A stretch of DNA of 25,325 nucleotides from Candidatus Methylomirabilia bacterium (GTDB lineage: Bacteria > Methylomirabilota > Methylomirabilia > Rokubacteriales > CSP1-6), in the NCBI GenBank assembly GCA_041492755.1, contig JBGPXN010000063.1, positions 1-25,325 of the forward strand. The letters are read 5' to 3'. The position numbers and the translations under genes are program-made. The notes below the pieces were generated by a model. The model was given only the letters and a program-made list of their open reading frames with translations. It did no database searches and was not told the DNA's origin. Positions 8,235-16,230 of the stretch are shown one piece after another; the stretch's first letter is position 1; every line of letters begins with the position of its first letter.

Positions 8235-8840
8235 TCAAGAGGCGCACCGGTGGAGCTGCCACTCGCGCTCGGCGGCGTGACCGTCCGCCCAGGATTCGTA
8301 CGGTCGCCAGGAACCGTTGCGGTCGGGCTGCATGTAGATGCGCCTCCTGCACGAGCGACATGGCTTGAGGTAGCCGGACGCCGGCGCGGGGATCATCGAA
8401 ACTATCGCTTCTGGCTGTCCGGATCTCACCGGCCAGGGTCCGGCCTGGCCCGAGAGCACAGGGTTGGGAGCCGCCGGCGGAACGATGATGGCGGGCGGTG
8501 CGAGTTCCTCAAGGGACACCCCGTCCGCCGCCGGGCGACAGTGAGCCCAGGCGATCGTGAGGAAGTCCGCACCCGCCGCGTTCTCCCGGTTGATCGCCTC
8601 CCACTCCTCGACTTCGACCCGGTAGCGACGGATGAGCTTTCGCTGACATCGCTGGTGCGCCGCCTGCTGCTCGGGTAGGGCGAACTTGTCCGACGCCATC
8701 AGCAGATAGATACAGCCGATGCTGTCGAGCAGCCGGCCCATTGCCGAGAAGCCGCCACGTCCGTCCGCAGGCTCACGGCGGAGCTGGCGCACAGAGTTCA
8801 CTGCAGCTCCCATCAGGACATCACGCCCCCGTTCGTTCAT
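8235..8840 (-). CDS. Hypothetical protein with a C-terminal CxxC...HxC zinc-finger-like motif
   Basis: ATG 8840 follows GAGG. A helical N-terminal part and a Pro-rich linker are followed by KPCRSCRRRIYMQPDRNGSWRPYE...LHRC. Confidence 0.6.
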   Translation of the reverse strand: MNERGRDVLMGAAVNSVRQLRREPADGRGGFSAMGRLLDSIGCIYLLMASDKFALPEQQAAHQRCQRKLIRRYRVEVEEWEAINRENAAGADFLTIAWAHCRPAADGVSLEELAPPAIIVPPAAPNPVLSGQAGPWPVRSGQPEAIVSMIPAPASGYLKPCRSCRRRIYMQPDRNGSWRPYESWADGHAAEREWQLHRCAS

Positions 8841-8904
8841 CAGTGCCGCCTCGGCGCTGGCTTCGTCTGCCGCATCTGGTTGTTGGGCAGCGCGCTCGCT
8901 GACT

Positions 8905-9312
8905 TCATGACCCGGCCTTCTCGGCAAGCCGCTGTAGCGCTTCGCGGAGTCCCGCAAGCTGGTCACTTGTGAGCGGATGCATCGCGCGTGCGCGCGGTTC
9001 GTCAGTGTCCAGCGCGTAACCGCAGCACGCGAAGAACTCGTCCCAGTGCGGCACGAGCGCGGCTAGCTCAAACTCGACACGGCACGCGGGGCACGAGTAT
9101 GCGTAGTTCTTGTTCGCGTTGATGAACTGCGCGAGCTGGCGACCGCAAGCCCCGCACACGAGACCAGGCAGGTCTCGTTGCCCGAGGGTCCGAGGGGTGC
9201 CGCACGCCTCGCAGTTCTGGGTGACGAAGCCGTTCCCGCGACTCCTGACAACGATGCTGCGTGTCTGGTGACAGCGCGACTCCGATCCCACAAGAGCCAA
9301 CTTGCCGTTCAT
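8905..9312 (-). CDS. Multi-CxxC zinc-ribbon hypothetical protein
   Basis: SRCH...GFVTQNCEACG...LVCGACG...NYAYSCPACR...VPHW; co-oriented with the rest of the cassette. Confidence 0.7.
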   Translation of the reverse strand: MNGKLALVGSESRCHQTRSIVVRSRGNGFVTQNCEACGTPRTLGQRDLPGLVCGACGRQLAQFINANKNYAYSCPACRVEFELAALVPHWDEFFACCGYALDTDEPRARAMHPLTSDQLAGLREALQRLAEKAGS

Positions 9313-9409
9313 TCTTTCATTCAAGCCGCGCCTTCCCGGCCTGCGCCTGTCTAAAGTGTGATCTCTCTCGAGTGAAAGTATAGATAGAATACGGAGGCCG
9401 TCAAGCTCG

Positions 9410-9676
9410 ATGCGGCACCTGGCCGACCGGTCCGCCAGCGAGGACCGGACGCAGGCGGCGCGCGGCTACACGCTGTTCGACCTGACCGGCCGGTATCGCT
9501 GGCGGGACCGGAAAGCGTTCGTCAGCATCGAGAACCTCACGGACGTCGACGGGCGAGAGGCCCAGTTCTTCTTCGTGTCGCGGCTGCGCGGCGAGCCACT
9601 GGAGGGGGTGCCCGACGCGCACTTCACGCCGGGCCATCCGCGCTCGGTGCTGGGCGGTGTCGCCCGGCGGTTCTGA
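9410..9676 (+). pseudogene. C-terminal remnant of a TonB-dependent receptor
   Basis: GYTLFDLTGRYRW...FVSIENLTD...EAQFFFVSRL.GEP...HFTPGHPRSV.GGV..RF has the ENL motif and terminal Phe of TBDR beta-barrels, but only ~88 aa remain. Confidence 0.8.
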
Positions 9677-9683
9677 GAGCCGG

Positions 9684-10742
9684 TCAGTCGCCGAGCACGC
9701 CGACGCGGTTGCGGCCCGCGTGCTTGGCCATGTAGAGCGCGCGGTCCGCGGCCGGGATCAAGTCCTGCACGGAGGGCACGTCCTCGGGCAGGCAGGCGAC
9801 GCCCAGGCTGGCGGTGACCTTGCCGCCCCCGATGCCCTGGGCCGCGATGACGCCGCGCAACCGCTCGGCATACGCGACGGCGCCGATCTTCGGCGTGTCG
9901 ACCAGGATCACCGCGAACTCGTCCCCGCCGTAGCGGCAGATCACCGTGAAGCTGCGCGAGTGCTCGAGCAGCACCCGCCCGACGTCTTGCAGCGCGGTGT
10001 CGCCGGCCGGATGGCCCCGGGTGTCGTTCACCGTCTTGAAGTGATCGAGATCGACGAGCACGAGCGACACCGGACGCGCGAAGCGCGCGTGGCGTCGCGC
10101 TTCCTCTTCCAGCCGCACGTTGAGGTAGCGGCGGTTGTAGACGCCGGTGAGCCCGTCCTTGAAGGACAGCTCCTCGAGCTGGTGATTGCGGATGGCGACC
10201 GCGGCTTGCGAGGCGAGCGCGTGCACCAGGTCCTCGTAGTCGGGATCGAACGGAACGACCTCGTTCTTGTCGTTCAGCGCGTTGATGAGCTGGAGCACGC
10301 CCAGCATGGCGCCCGACGGCTCTTGCAGCGGGATGACCAGGAGCGAGCGCGTGCGGTAGTTGTTGCGCTCGTCCCACCGGGGATTGAAGGTGAAGGGGCC
10401 GTCCGGCGGCAGCGCATAGGCGTCGGGCACGTTCACGAGGTTGCCCGACTTCGCGACGTACCCGGCGATGCTGTGGGTGGTGAGCTTCAAGGGCTGGGCG
10501 TGGAGCTGCTGGCGCATCTCGCGCTCGCCCACGCGCCGCGCGAGGACGTCGTTGGCCACCACCGTGAAGCGCAGGGTGTCGCCCTCGCGCAGGAACAACG
10601 TTCCGGCCTCGGCGTGGGTGAAGCGCCGGGCCTCGGTGAGGATGCGCTCGAGCAGGGTCGAGAGATCCGGCTCGCTCGTGAGGGCGATCCCGATCTGCAC
10701 GAGCTCGCGGAGGAGCGCGGTGAGGTCCGACGGTAGGGCCAT
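9684..10742 (-). CDS. GAF-sensor diguanylate cyclase
   Basis: GAF domain (AEAGTLFL, SIAGYVA, NVPDAY, YRTRSLL.IPL, GVLQLIN) followed by DGLTGVYNRR, DLDHFK.VND..GH..GD, RYGGDEF and ADRALY.AK..GRN. Confidence 0.95.
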   Translation of the reverse strand: MALPSDLTALLRELVQIGIALTSEPDLSTLLERILTEARRFTHAEAGTLFLREGDTLRFTVVANDVLARRVGEREMRQQLHAQPLKLTTHSIAGYVAKSGNLVNVPDAYALPPDGPFTFNPRWDERNNYRTRSLLVIPLQEPSGAMLGVLQLINALNDKNEVVPFDPDYEDLVHALASQAAVAIRNHQLEELSFKDGLTGVYNRRYLNVRLEEEARRHARFARPVSLVLVDLDHFKTVNDTRGHPAGDTALQDVGRVLLEHSRSFTVICRYGGDEFAVILVDTPKIGAVAYAERLRGVIAAQGIGGGKVTASLGVACLPEDVPSVQDLIPAADRALYMAKHAGRNRVGVLGD

Positions 10743-10760
10743 ACCGACATTCTGCCATCG

Positions 10761-12281
10761 TCAGTGGGCAACGGGCATCTCGATCGTGTAGAGGGCGAGC
10801 GCTTCCACCGCAGTCCCGAGCGCGACGAGCCGACCATCTTCGAACGGTGGCGCCACCAGCTGCAGTCCGACCGGCAGCCGCGCGCGGGTGCGGCCGCAGG
10901 GAACCGACACGGCCGGGAAGCCGATGAAGCTCCACGGGATGCAATTGCGCGAGAGCACCAGCAGGAACCGCTCGGCGTCGCCGACCAGCGGCGCCTGCAC
11001 GAGCGACGTCGGCAGGGCGATCGCGTCGACGTCCGCGAAGAGCCTCAGCATGCGGAGGCGGAACTCCTCGCGCAGCCGCTGCGCCGCGAGGTAGACGGTG
11101 GCCGGCACGCGGCTCGCCTCCTGGAGCTGGTCGCGGGTCTCGGGCGTGTAGCGGTGGAGGCGCGCGGCGAGCCAGGGGCCATGCAGGGTGGCCGCCTCGG
11201 CGCGGCTCACGATCATGCCGGCGGCGTTCGTCATCTCCAGATCCGCGGCCGACGGCGCGTCGATCGTGCGTAGCGCCACGCCCGCCGCGCGCAAGCCGTC
11301 GAGCGCCGTCTCCACCGCGCGCGCGACGTCCGGCTCGGCCCCGTCGAGCGCAGCGGCGGGAACGCCGATCCGCAACCCGTTGACGGCGCGTCCGGCATAG
11401 GTCGCGTACGGTGGACCCGGCGGGCCCACCGCGTTGGGATCGCGGGGATCGGGCCCGGCCACGACGTCGAGGAGCAGCGCGGCGTCCTCGACCGTCGCGG
11501 CCATCGGGGCCACGTGGTCCATCGACCACGAGAGCGTGACCACGCCGTGCGTCGGCACGAGACCGAACGTCGGCTTGAAGCCCACGACGCCGCTGAGCGC
11601 CGCCGGCACGCGGATGGACGCGCGCGTGTCCGTGCCGAGCGCGCCCGGCGCCATGCCCGTGGCCACGGCGATGGCCGAGCCGCCGGTGGAGCCGCCGGGG
11701 ATCCGGCTCGGATCCCACGGGTTGCGGCTCTGCGGCGTCGTCACGCCCAGCGCGAACTCGTGCGTCTCCGTCTTGCCGATGATGATGGCGCCGGCGGCGC
11801 GCAGGCGGGCCACCGCGCAGGCGTCTTCGCGCGGCACGCAATCGTCGAGCACCTTGGAGCTGGCCGTCGTCGGCACGCCGGCGACGTGGATGACGTCTTT
11901 CACCGAGATGGGCACGCCGTGCAGCGTGCCGCGTAGCCGTCCCGCCCTGCGCTCGGCGTCGAGCCGTTCGGCGTGGACCAAAGCGTCCGCCTCCAGCACG
12001 GTGACGAACGCACGCAGGGCGGCGTTCCGCGCGGCGATGCGCTCGAGACATGTGGTCACGACGTCGCGCGCGCTGGCCGAGCCGTCGCGGATGGCGCGCG
12101 CGAGGGCGGCGACGGTCGGGACGGAGCCGGGGGGCCGATCGGCGGCCCGCGCGCTCGGGGGCGGCGCCGGCATCACGAGGTCGCGCGGGCGGTAGGTGAA
12201 GGCCGGCCGCGCATCGGGATCGGGGATCGCATGCTCCGCCACCCAGTCGGCGGCCCACCGGACCAAGTCCCGGGTGTTCAC
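10761..12281 (-). CDS. Amidase signature family enzyme (GatA/AtzE-like)
   Basis: LHGVPISVKD (Lys), GAIIIGKT..HEFA, NPW...PGGSTGGSA, GTDTRASIRVPA, GFKPTFG, LPVGLQL. The start is probably GTG 12281. Confidence 0.92.
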   Translation of the reverse strand: MNTRDLVRWAADWVAEHAIPDPDARPAFTYRPRDLVMPAPPPSARAADRPPGSVPTVAALARAIRDGSASARDVVTTCLERIAARNAALRAFVTVLEADALVHAERLDAERRAGRLRGTLHGVPISVKDVIHVAGVPTTASSKVLDDCVPREDACAVARLRAAGAIIIGKTETHEFALGVTTPQSRNPWDPSRIPGGSTGGSAIAVATGMAPGALGTDTRASIRVPAALSGVVGFKPTFGLVPTHGVVTLSWSMDHVAPMAATVEDAALLLDVVAGPDPRDPNAVGPPGPPYATYAGRAVNGLRIGVPAAALDGAEPDVARAVETALDGLRAAGVALRTIDAPSAADLEMTNAAGMIVSRAEAATLHGPWLAARLHRYTPETRDQLQEASRVPATVYLAAQRLREEFRLRMLRLFADVDAIALPTSLVQAPLVGDAERFLLVLSRNCIPWSFIGFPAVSVPCGRTRARLPVGLQLVAPPFEDGRLVALGTAVEALALYTIEMPVAH

Positions 12282-12305
12282 GACGCTTCTCGGGTGTTCA
12301 CGACG
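12271..12305. repeat. 15-bp direct repeat with 20-bp period spanning the ATPase stop and amidase start
   Basis: CGGGTGTTCACGACG occurs at 12271-12285 and 12291-12305. Confidence 0.9.
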
Positions 12306-13386
12306 TTCCTCCACGCGGGACCGGCAGCGATTCCCGCTCCGGCCGCTGGCTCGACGGCGTTGGCGATGACGCGATGGCGGAGTCCAGTAGGTGACAGGCG
12401 GCCTGATGTCCATCGCCGCCGGTGGTTCTGAGCACCGGCATCTCCCGCTCGCAGCGGTCGTGCCCGTCGGGACATCGTCCGAAGAACCGGCACACCGTGG
12501 GCGACGGATCGATCGGGCTGCCCGGCTCGCCGGCCAGGCGCACGCGCGGCCGGCGGGCTCCCGGATCGAGCGCGGGAATCGCGGAGATCAGCGCCCGCGT
12601 GTAGGGATGGCCGGGGCGGTCGAACACGGTGTCGACGGGGCCCGCCTCGACGATCCGGCCGAGGTACATCACGAGCACGCGGTCGCTCAGGAGACGGACG
12701 AGGTTGAGATCGTGGGAGACGAACAGGTAGGTCATCCCGAGTCGCTGGCGAAGGTCGGCGAGCACGTGCAGGATCACCGCCTGCACGGACACGTCGAGCG
12801 CCGACGTCGGCTCGTCGAGCACGAGCAGCCGCGGGCGCACCGCGATGGCCCGCGCGATCCCCACGCGCTGCTGCTGCCCGCCGGAGAGCTGATGCGGGAA
12901 GCGCCGCAGCAGCTCGGCCGGAAGTCCGACGAGGTCGGCGGCCGCGCGGACGCGCGTGTCGAGCTCGGCCCGCGCGGTGATCCGGGCGAGTCGCTTCAGC
13001 GGCTCGGCGATCGTGTCGAAGGCGGTGAAGCGCGGGTTGAGGCTGTCCGCCGGGTCCTGGAACACCATCTGGATGGCGGCGCGCGCGGCGGTCGCCGCGA
13101 AGCGCGCGGCGGGGATCGAGCCGACGTCCTCGCCCGCGAAGAAGATCCGCCCGCCGGTCGGATCGAGCAGCCGGGTCACCAGGCGGACGATCGTCGACTT
13201 CCCACAGCCTGACTCGCCGACCAGCCCCACGCACTCCCCGGACGCGATGGTAAAGCTCACGTCGTCCACGGCGTGGACGGCGCGCGGCGTGCCCCGCACC
13301 GGGAAGCGCTTGCTCAACGAGCGGACGTCGAGGAGCGGCGTCGCGCTCATGACCGGGACCGGAGATGGGCTGACGGGCGCGCTCAC
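12298..13386 (-). CDS. Oligopeptide/dipeptide ABC ATP-binding protein (DppF/OppF-like)
   Basis: GESGCGKST, QMVFQDP, LSGGQQQR, LVLDEPTSALD, HPYT, C-terminal Cys cluster; GTGA overlap with the upstream ATPase. Confidence 0.95.
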   Translation of the reverse strand: MSAPVSPSPVPVMSATPLLDVRSLSKRFPVRGTPRAVHAVDDVSFTIASGECVGLVGESGCGKSTIVRLVTRLLDPTGGRIFFAGEDVGSIPAARFAATAARAAIQMVFQDPADSLNPRFTAFDTIAEPLKRLARITARAELDTRVRAAADLVGLPAELLRRFPHQLSGGQQQRVGIARAIAVRPRLLVLDEPTSALDVSVQAVILHVLADLRQRLGMTYLFVSHDLNLVRLLSDRVLVMYLGRIVEAGPVDTVFDRPGHPYTRALISAIPALDPGARRPRVRLAGEPGSPIDPSPTVCRFFGRCPDGHDRCEREMPVLRTTGGDGHQAACHLLDSAIASSPTPSSQRPERESLPVPRGGTS

Positions 13387-14363
13387 GACGGGAACCGGCA
13401 GGCGACGAGGTGGCCGCGCGCGATTTGCTGGCGGGGCAGTGGCGGCTCGTCGCAGGCGGGCGCGGCGCGCTCGCAGCGGAGCCGGTAGCGGCACGGTGGC
13501 AGCACGCCGCGCAGGTCCGGCACGCCGCCGGGAATGGGCGCGAGGTCGGCGAGCCTCGCGCCGGCACGCGGCGTGGAGGCGATCAGCCGGGCGGTGTAGG
13601 GATGGCGTGGAGCGCGGAACAGCTCGAGTGTCGGCGCCGTTTCCACCACGTGCCCCGCGTGCATGACGACGATCCGGTCGCAGCGCTCGCCCACCAGGGC
13701 CAGGTCGTGGGTGATCAGCACCGTCGCCATCTGGCTGCGCCGGGCCAGATCTTCGATCAGCTCCAGAATGGCCGCCTGGGTGGTCACGTCGAGCCCGGTG
13801 GTCGGCTCGTCGGCGATGAGCAACGCGGGCGAGCAGGCGACGGCGAGCGCGATCATCACGCGCTGGCACATCCCACCCGAGAGCTCGAACGGGTAGGCCC
13901 CCCACGCGCGGGCGGGATCGGCGATCTGCACCTGCGCGAGCAGCTCGAGCGCTCGCGCGCGCACGCGCGCGCGGCCCAGGTTGGCGTGGCGAACGAGCAC
14001 GTCCTCGATCTGCCGGCCCACCGTCCGGATCGGGTTCAGCGCGGTGCGCGGGTTCTGGAAGATCATCGACAGCTCCCGCCCGCGATACTCCTCGCGCTGC
14101 GTCTCCGAGGCGGCGATCAGATCGAGGCCGCCGAAGACGGCGCGCCCGCTCGTGATGCGTGCGGCCGGATGCAGGATGCCCAGGATGGCGAGCGCGCTCA
14201 CCGACTTCCCGGATCCGCTCTCGCCGACCAGACCAACCGTCTCGCCGCGCGCGACCGTGAAGGCGACGTCCTCGAGCGCGCGCACCACGCCGTCGCGCGT
14301 CTGGAACTCGACGGAGAGGTCCTCGACGGACAGGAGCGGGACGGCGGCGGCGGGAACGGTCAC
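13383..14363 (-). CDS. Oligopeptide/dipeptide ABC ATP-binding protein (DppD/OppD-like)
   Basis: GESGSGKS, MIFQNP, LSGGMCQR, IADEPTTGLD, HPYT, C-terminal Cys cluster. Confidence 0.95.
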   Translation of the reverse strand: MTVPAAAVPLLSVEDLSVEFQTRDGVVRALEDVAFTVARGETVGLVGESGSGKSVSALAILGILHPAARITSGRAVFGGLDLIAASETQREEYRGRELSMIFQNPRTALNPIRTVGRQIEDVLVRHANLGRARVRARALELLAQVQIADPARAWGAYPFELSGGMCQRVMIALAVACSPALLIADEPTTGLDVTTQAAILELIEDLARRSQMATVLITHDLALVGERCDRIVVMHAGHVVETAPTLELFRAPRHPYTARLIASTPRAGARLADLAPIPGGVPDLRGVLPPCRYRLRCERAAPACDEPPLPRQQIARGHLVACRFPS

Positions 14364-15205
14364 GTCCGCCGCCGCGGGTCGATCAGGTCGCGCAGGCCGT
14401 CACCGAGCAGGTTGAAGCAGAAGACGGCGAGCATGAGGGCCAGCCCGGGGAAGAGCGAGACCCACCATTCCCCCGAGACCATGAAGGCGGCGCCGTCGGC
14501 GACCATGATGCCCCATTCCGGTGTGGGCGGGCGCACGCCCAGGCCGATGAACGACAGCGCCGCCGCGTTCAGGATGGCCCAGCCGAGGTTCAGCGACACC
14601 TGCACCATCATCGGCGGCAGGCAGTTGGGGAAGACGTGGAACGCGAGCACGCGCCCCGGCCCGTTGCCGGCCAGGCGCGCGGCCTCCACGAACCCGGCGT
14701 CGCGGCGGACGTTGGTCTCCGCGCGCGCCATGCGCGCGTAGAACGGCAGGTTGATGATCGCGGTGGCGTACACGATGTTGGCCACGGTGTTGCCGAGCGC
14801 GGCCACGATCGCCATGGCCAGCACGAAGAGCGGAAACGCCATGATCGTGTCGGTGAGCCGGCTCACCAGCCGCTCGGTCCAGCCCCCGAAGAAGCCCGCG
14901 CAGGCGCCCGCGGCGCTCCCCAGCACGAACGACAACGCCACCGCGCTCACCGCGATGACGAGATCGAGCCGGGTGGCCACGATCATCCGGCTCAGCACGT
15001 CACGCCCGACCTGGTCGGTACCGAACCAGTGCGCGCGTGACGGCGGCTGGAGGGTTTGGGCCGCGTCGGTGGCCAGGGGATCGTACGGCGCGATCCAGAC
15101 GCCGAAGAGCGCGAAGAAGAGCAGGACGAGCAGGAGGGCGAACGCCGCCCCCGTCACGGGGTTCTCGCCGACGACATAGCGGCCGTGGCGCAGGAGCGCG
15201 ATCAC
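14360..15205 (-). CDS. ABC transporter permease (DppC-like)
   Basis: HWFGTDQVGRDVLSR, FVEAARLAG (EAA motif), LSFIGLG..PP.PEWG, FNLLGDGLRD..DP. Confidence 0.95.
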   Translation of the reverse strand: MIALLRHGRYVVGENPVTGAAFALLLVLLFFALFGVWIAPYDPLATDAAQTLQPPSRAHWFGTDQVGRDVLSRMIVATRLDLVIAVSAVALSFVLGSAAGACAGFFGGWTERLVSRLTDTIMAFPLFVLAMAIVAALGNTVANIVYATAIINLPFYARMARAETNVRRDAGFVEAARLAGNGPGRVLAFHVFPNCLPPMMVQVSLNLGWAILNAAALSFIGLGVRPPTPEWGIMVADGAAFMVSGEWWVSLFPGLALMLAVFCFNLLGDGLRDLIDPRRRT

Positions 15206-16230
15206 GTCTCGATCCGCACGCGGGCGTCGATGACGCCGTAGAGGACGTCGATCAGGAGGTTCAGGAGCACGTAGAGGCTCGCCATCGCGAGCACGAAGCC
15301 CTGCACTGGCGCGTAGTCCGACGCGATCAGGGCCTCCAGCGCGTAGGACCCGATGCCCGGCCACGCGAAGACCTTCTCCACGACCACGTTGGCTCCGAGC
15401 AGGAACGAGAAGACCATGCCGAGGAGCGTGATCACGGGCAGCAGGGCGTTGCGGAGCGCGTAGGTCACCATCACCGTGTGGCGCGACAGGCCGGCCGCGC
15501 GCGCGGTCCGCACGAAGTCGCTGGCCAGCACGCCCAGCATCGCGGCGCGCGTCATGCGGGCGATGGGCGCCATCGCGAACAGGGCCAGGGTGACGGCGGG
15601 CAGGATCATCTGCCGGGCGGTGGCCCAGAACAGCGCGCCGTCACCGGCCAGCACGCTGTCGATCAGGAACATTCGCGTGACGGGCCGCGGGGGGGTGGAG
15701 AACGCGTCGAGCCGGCCGAGCGGCGCGGGCGCCCATCCGAGCAGGTAATAGAACACGTACACGAGCACGAGCCCGGTGAAGAAGATCGGCAGCGACACGC
15801 CGGCGGTAGTGAGCAGGCGCGCGAGATGATCGATCCAGGAGCCGGGCCGGGTGGCGGCCAGGATTCCGAGCGGCAGCGCCACCGAGACGGCGAGGACCAG
15901 ACCGCAGAGCGTCAGCTCGAGCGACGCGGGCAGGCGGGCGAGCAGGTCGGCGGTCACCGGTTGTCCGGTGGTGAGGGAGTGGCCGAGATCGCCGCGCGCG
16001 AGATCGCGAACGTACAGGGCGAACTGCTCGGGCAGGCTGCGGTCGAGCCCGAGCTTGGTCCGGATCTCGGCGATCGCCTGCTGGGTCGCCGCCGGCCCCG
16101 CGAAGAACGCGGCGGGATCGCCGGGCAGGGCGCGGTTGAGCAGGAACGTGACCACCACCACGCCGATGAGGCCGGGCGCCGCGGCCAGCAGGCGGCGCCC
16201 GATCATCCGCAGCAGCGGTGAGCGCACCAT
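15202..16230 (-). CDS. ABC transporter permease (DppB-like)
   Basis: LPGDPA, LGLD..L..Q, GDLG.S, DFVRTARA.GL, ALRNALLP, VEKVFAWPGIG, DY..VQG. Confidence 0.95.
   Translation of the reverse strand: MVRSPLLRMIGRRLLAAAPGLIGVVVVTFLLNRALPGDPAAFFAGPAATQQAIAEIRTKLGLDRSLPEQFALYVRDLARGDLGHSLTTGQPVTADLLARLPASLELTLCGLVLAVSVALPLGILAATRPGSWIDHLARLLTTAGVSLPIFFTGLVLVYVFYYLLGWAPAPLGRLDAFSTPPRPVTRMFLIDSVLAGDGALFWATARQMILPAVTLALFAMAPIARMTRAAMLGVLASDFVRTARAAGLSRHTVMVTYALRNALLPVITLLGMVFSFLLGANVVVEKVFAWPGIGSYALEALIASDYAPVQGFVLAMASLYVLLNLLIDVLYGVIDARVRIET

Noticed and set aside
6354..9400. Possible integron cassette array (short co-oriented genes including a TA pair)
   Set aside because: No integrase and no repeated attC-like RYYYAAC...GTTRRRY palindromes are seen between the genes; the spacers are very short or overlapping.
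9466..12258. 930-aa minus-strand ORF and other long Arg/Ala/Pro-rich ORFs (e.g. 15641-17965, 23196-24992, 3987-5375, 12278-13567, 18922-20610)
   Set aside because: These are alternative-frame or antisense shadows of well-supported genes in high-GC DNA and carry no recognisable motifs.
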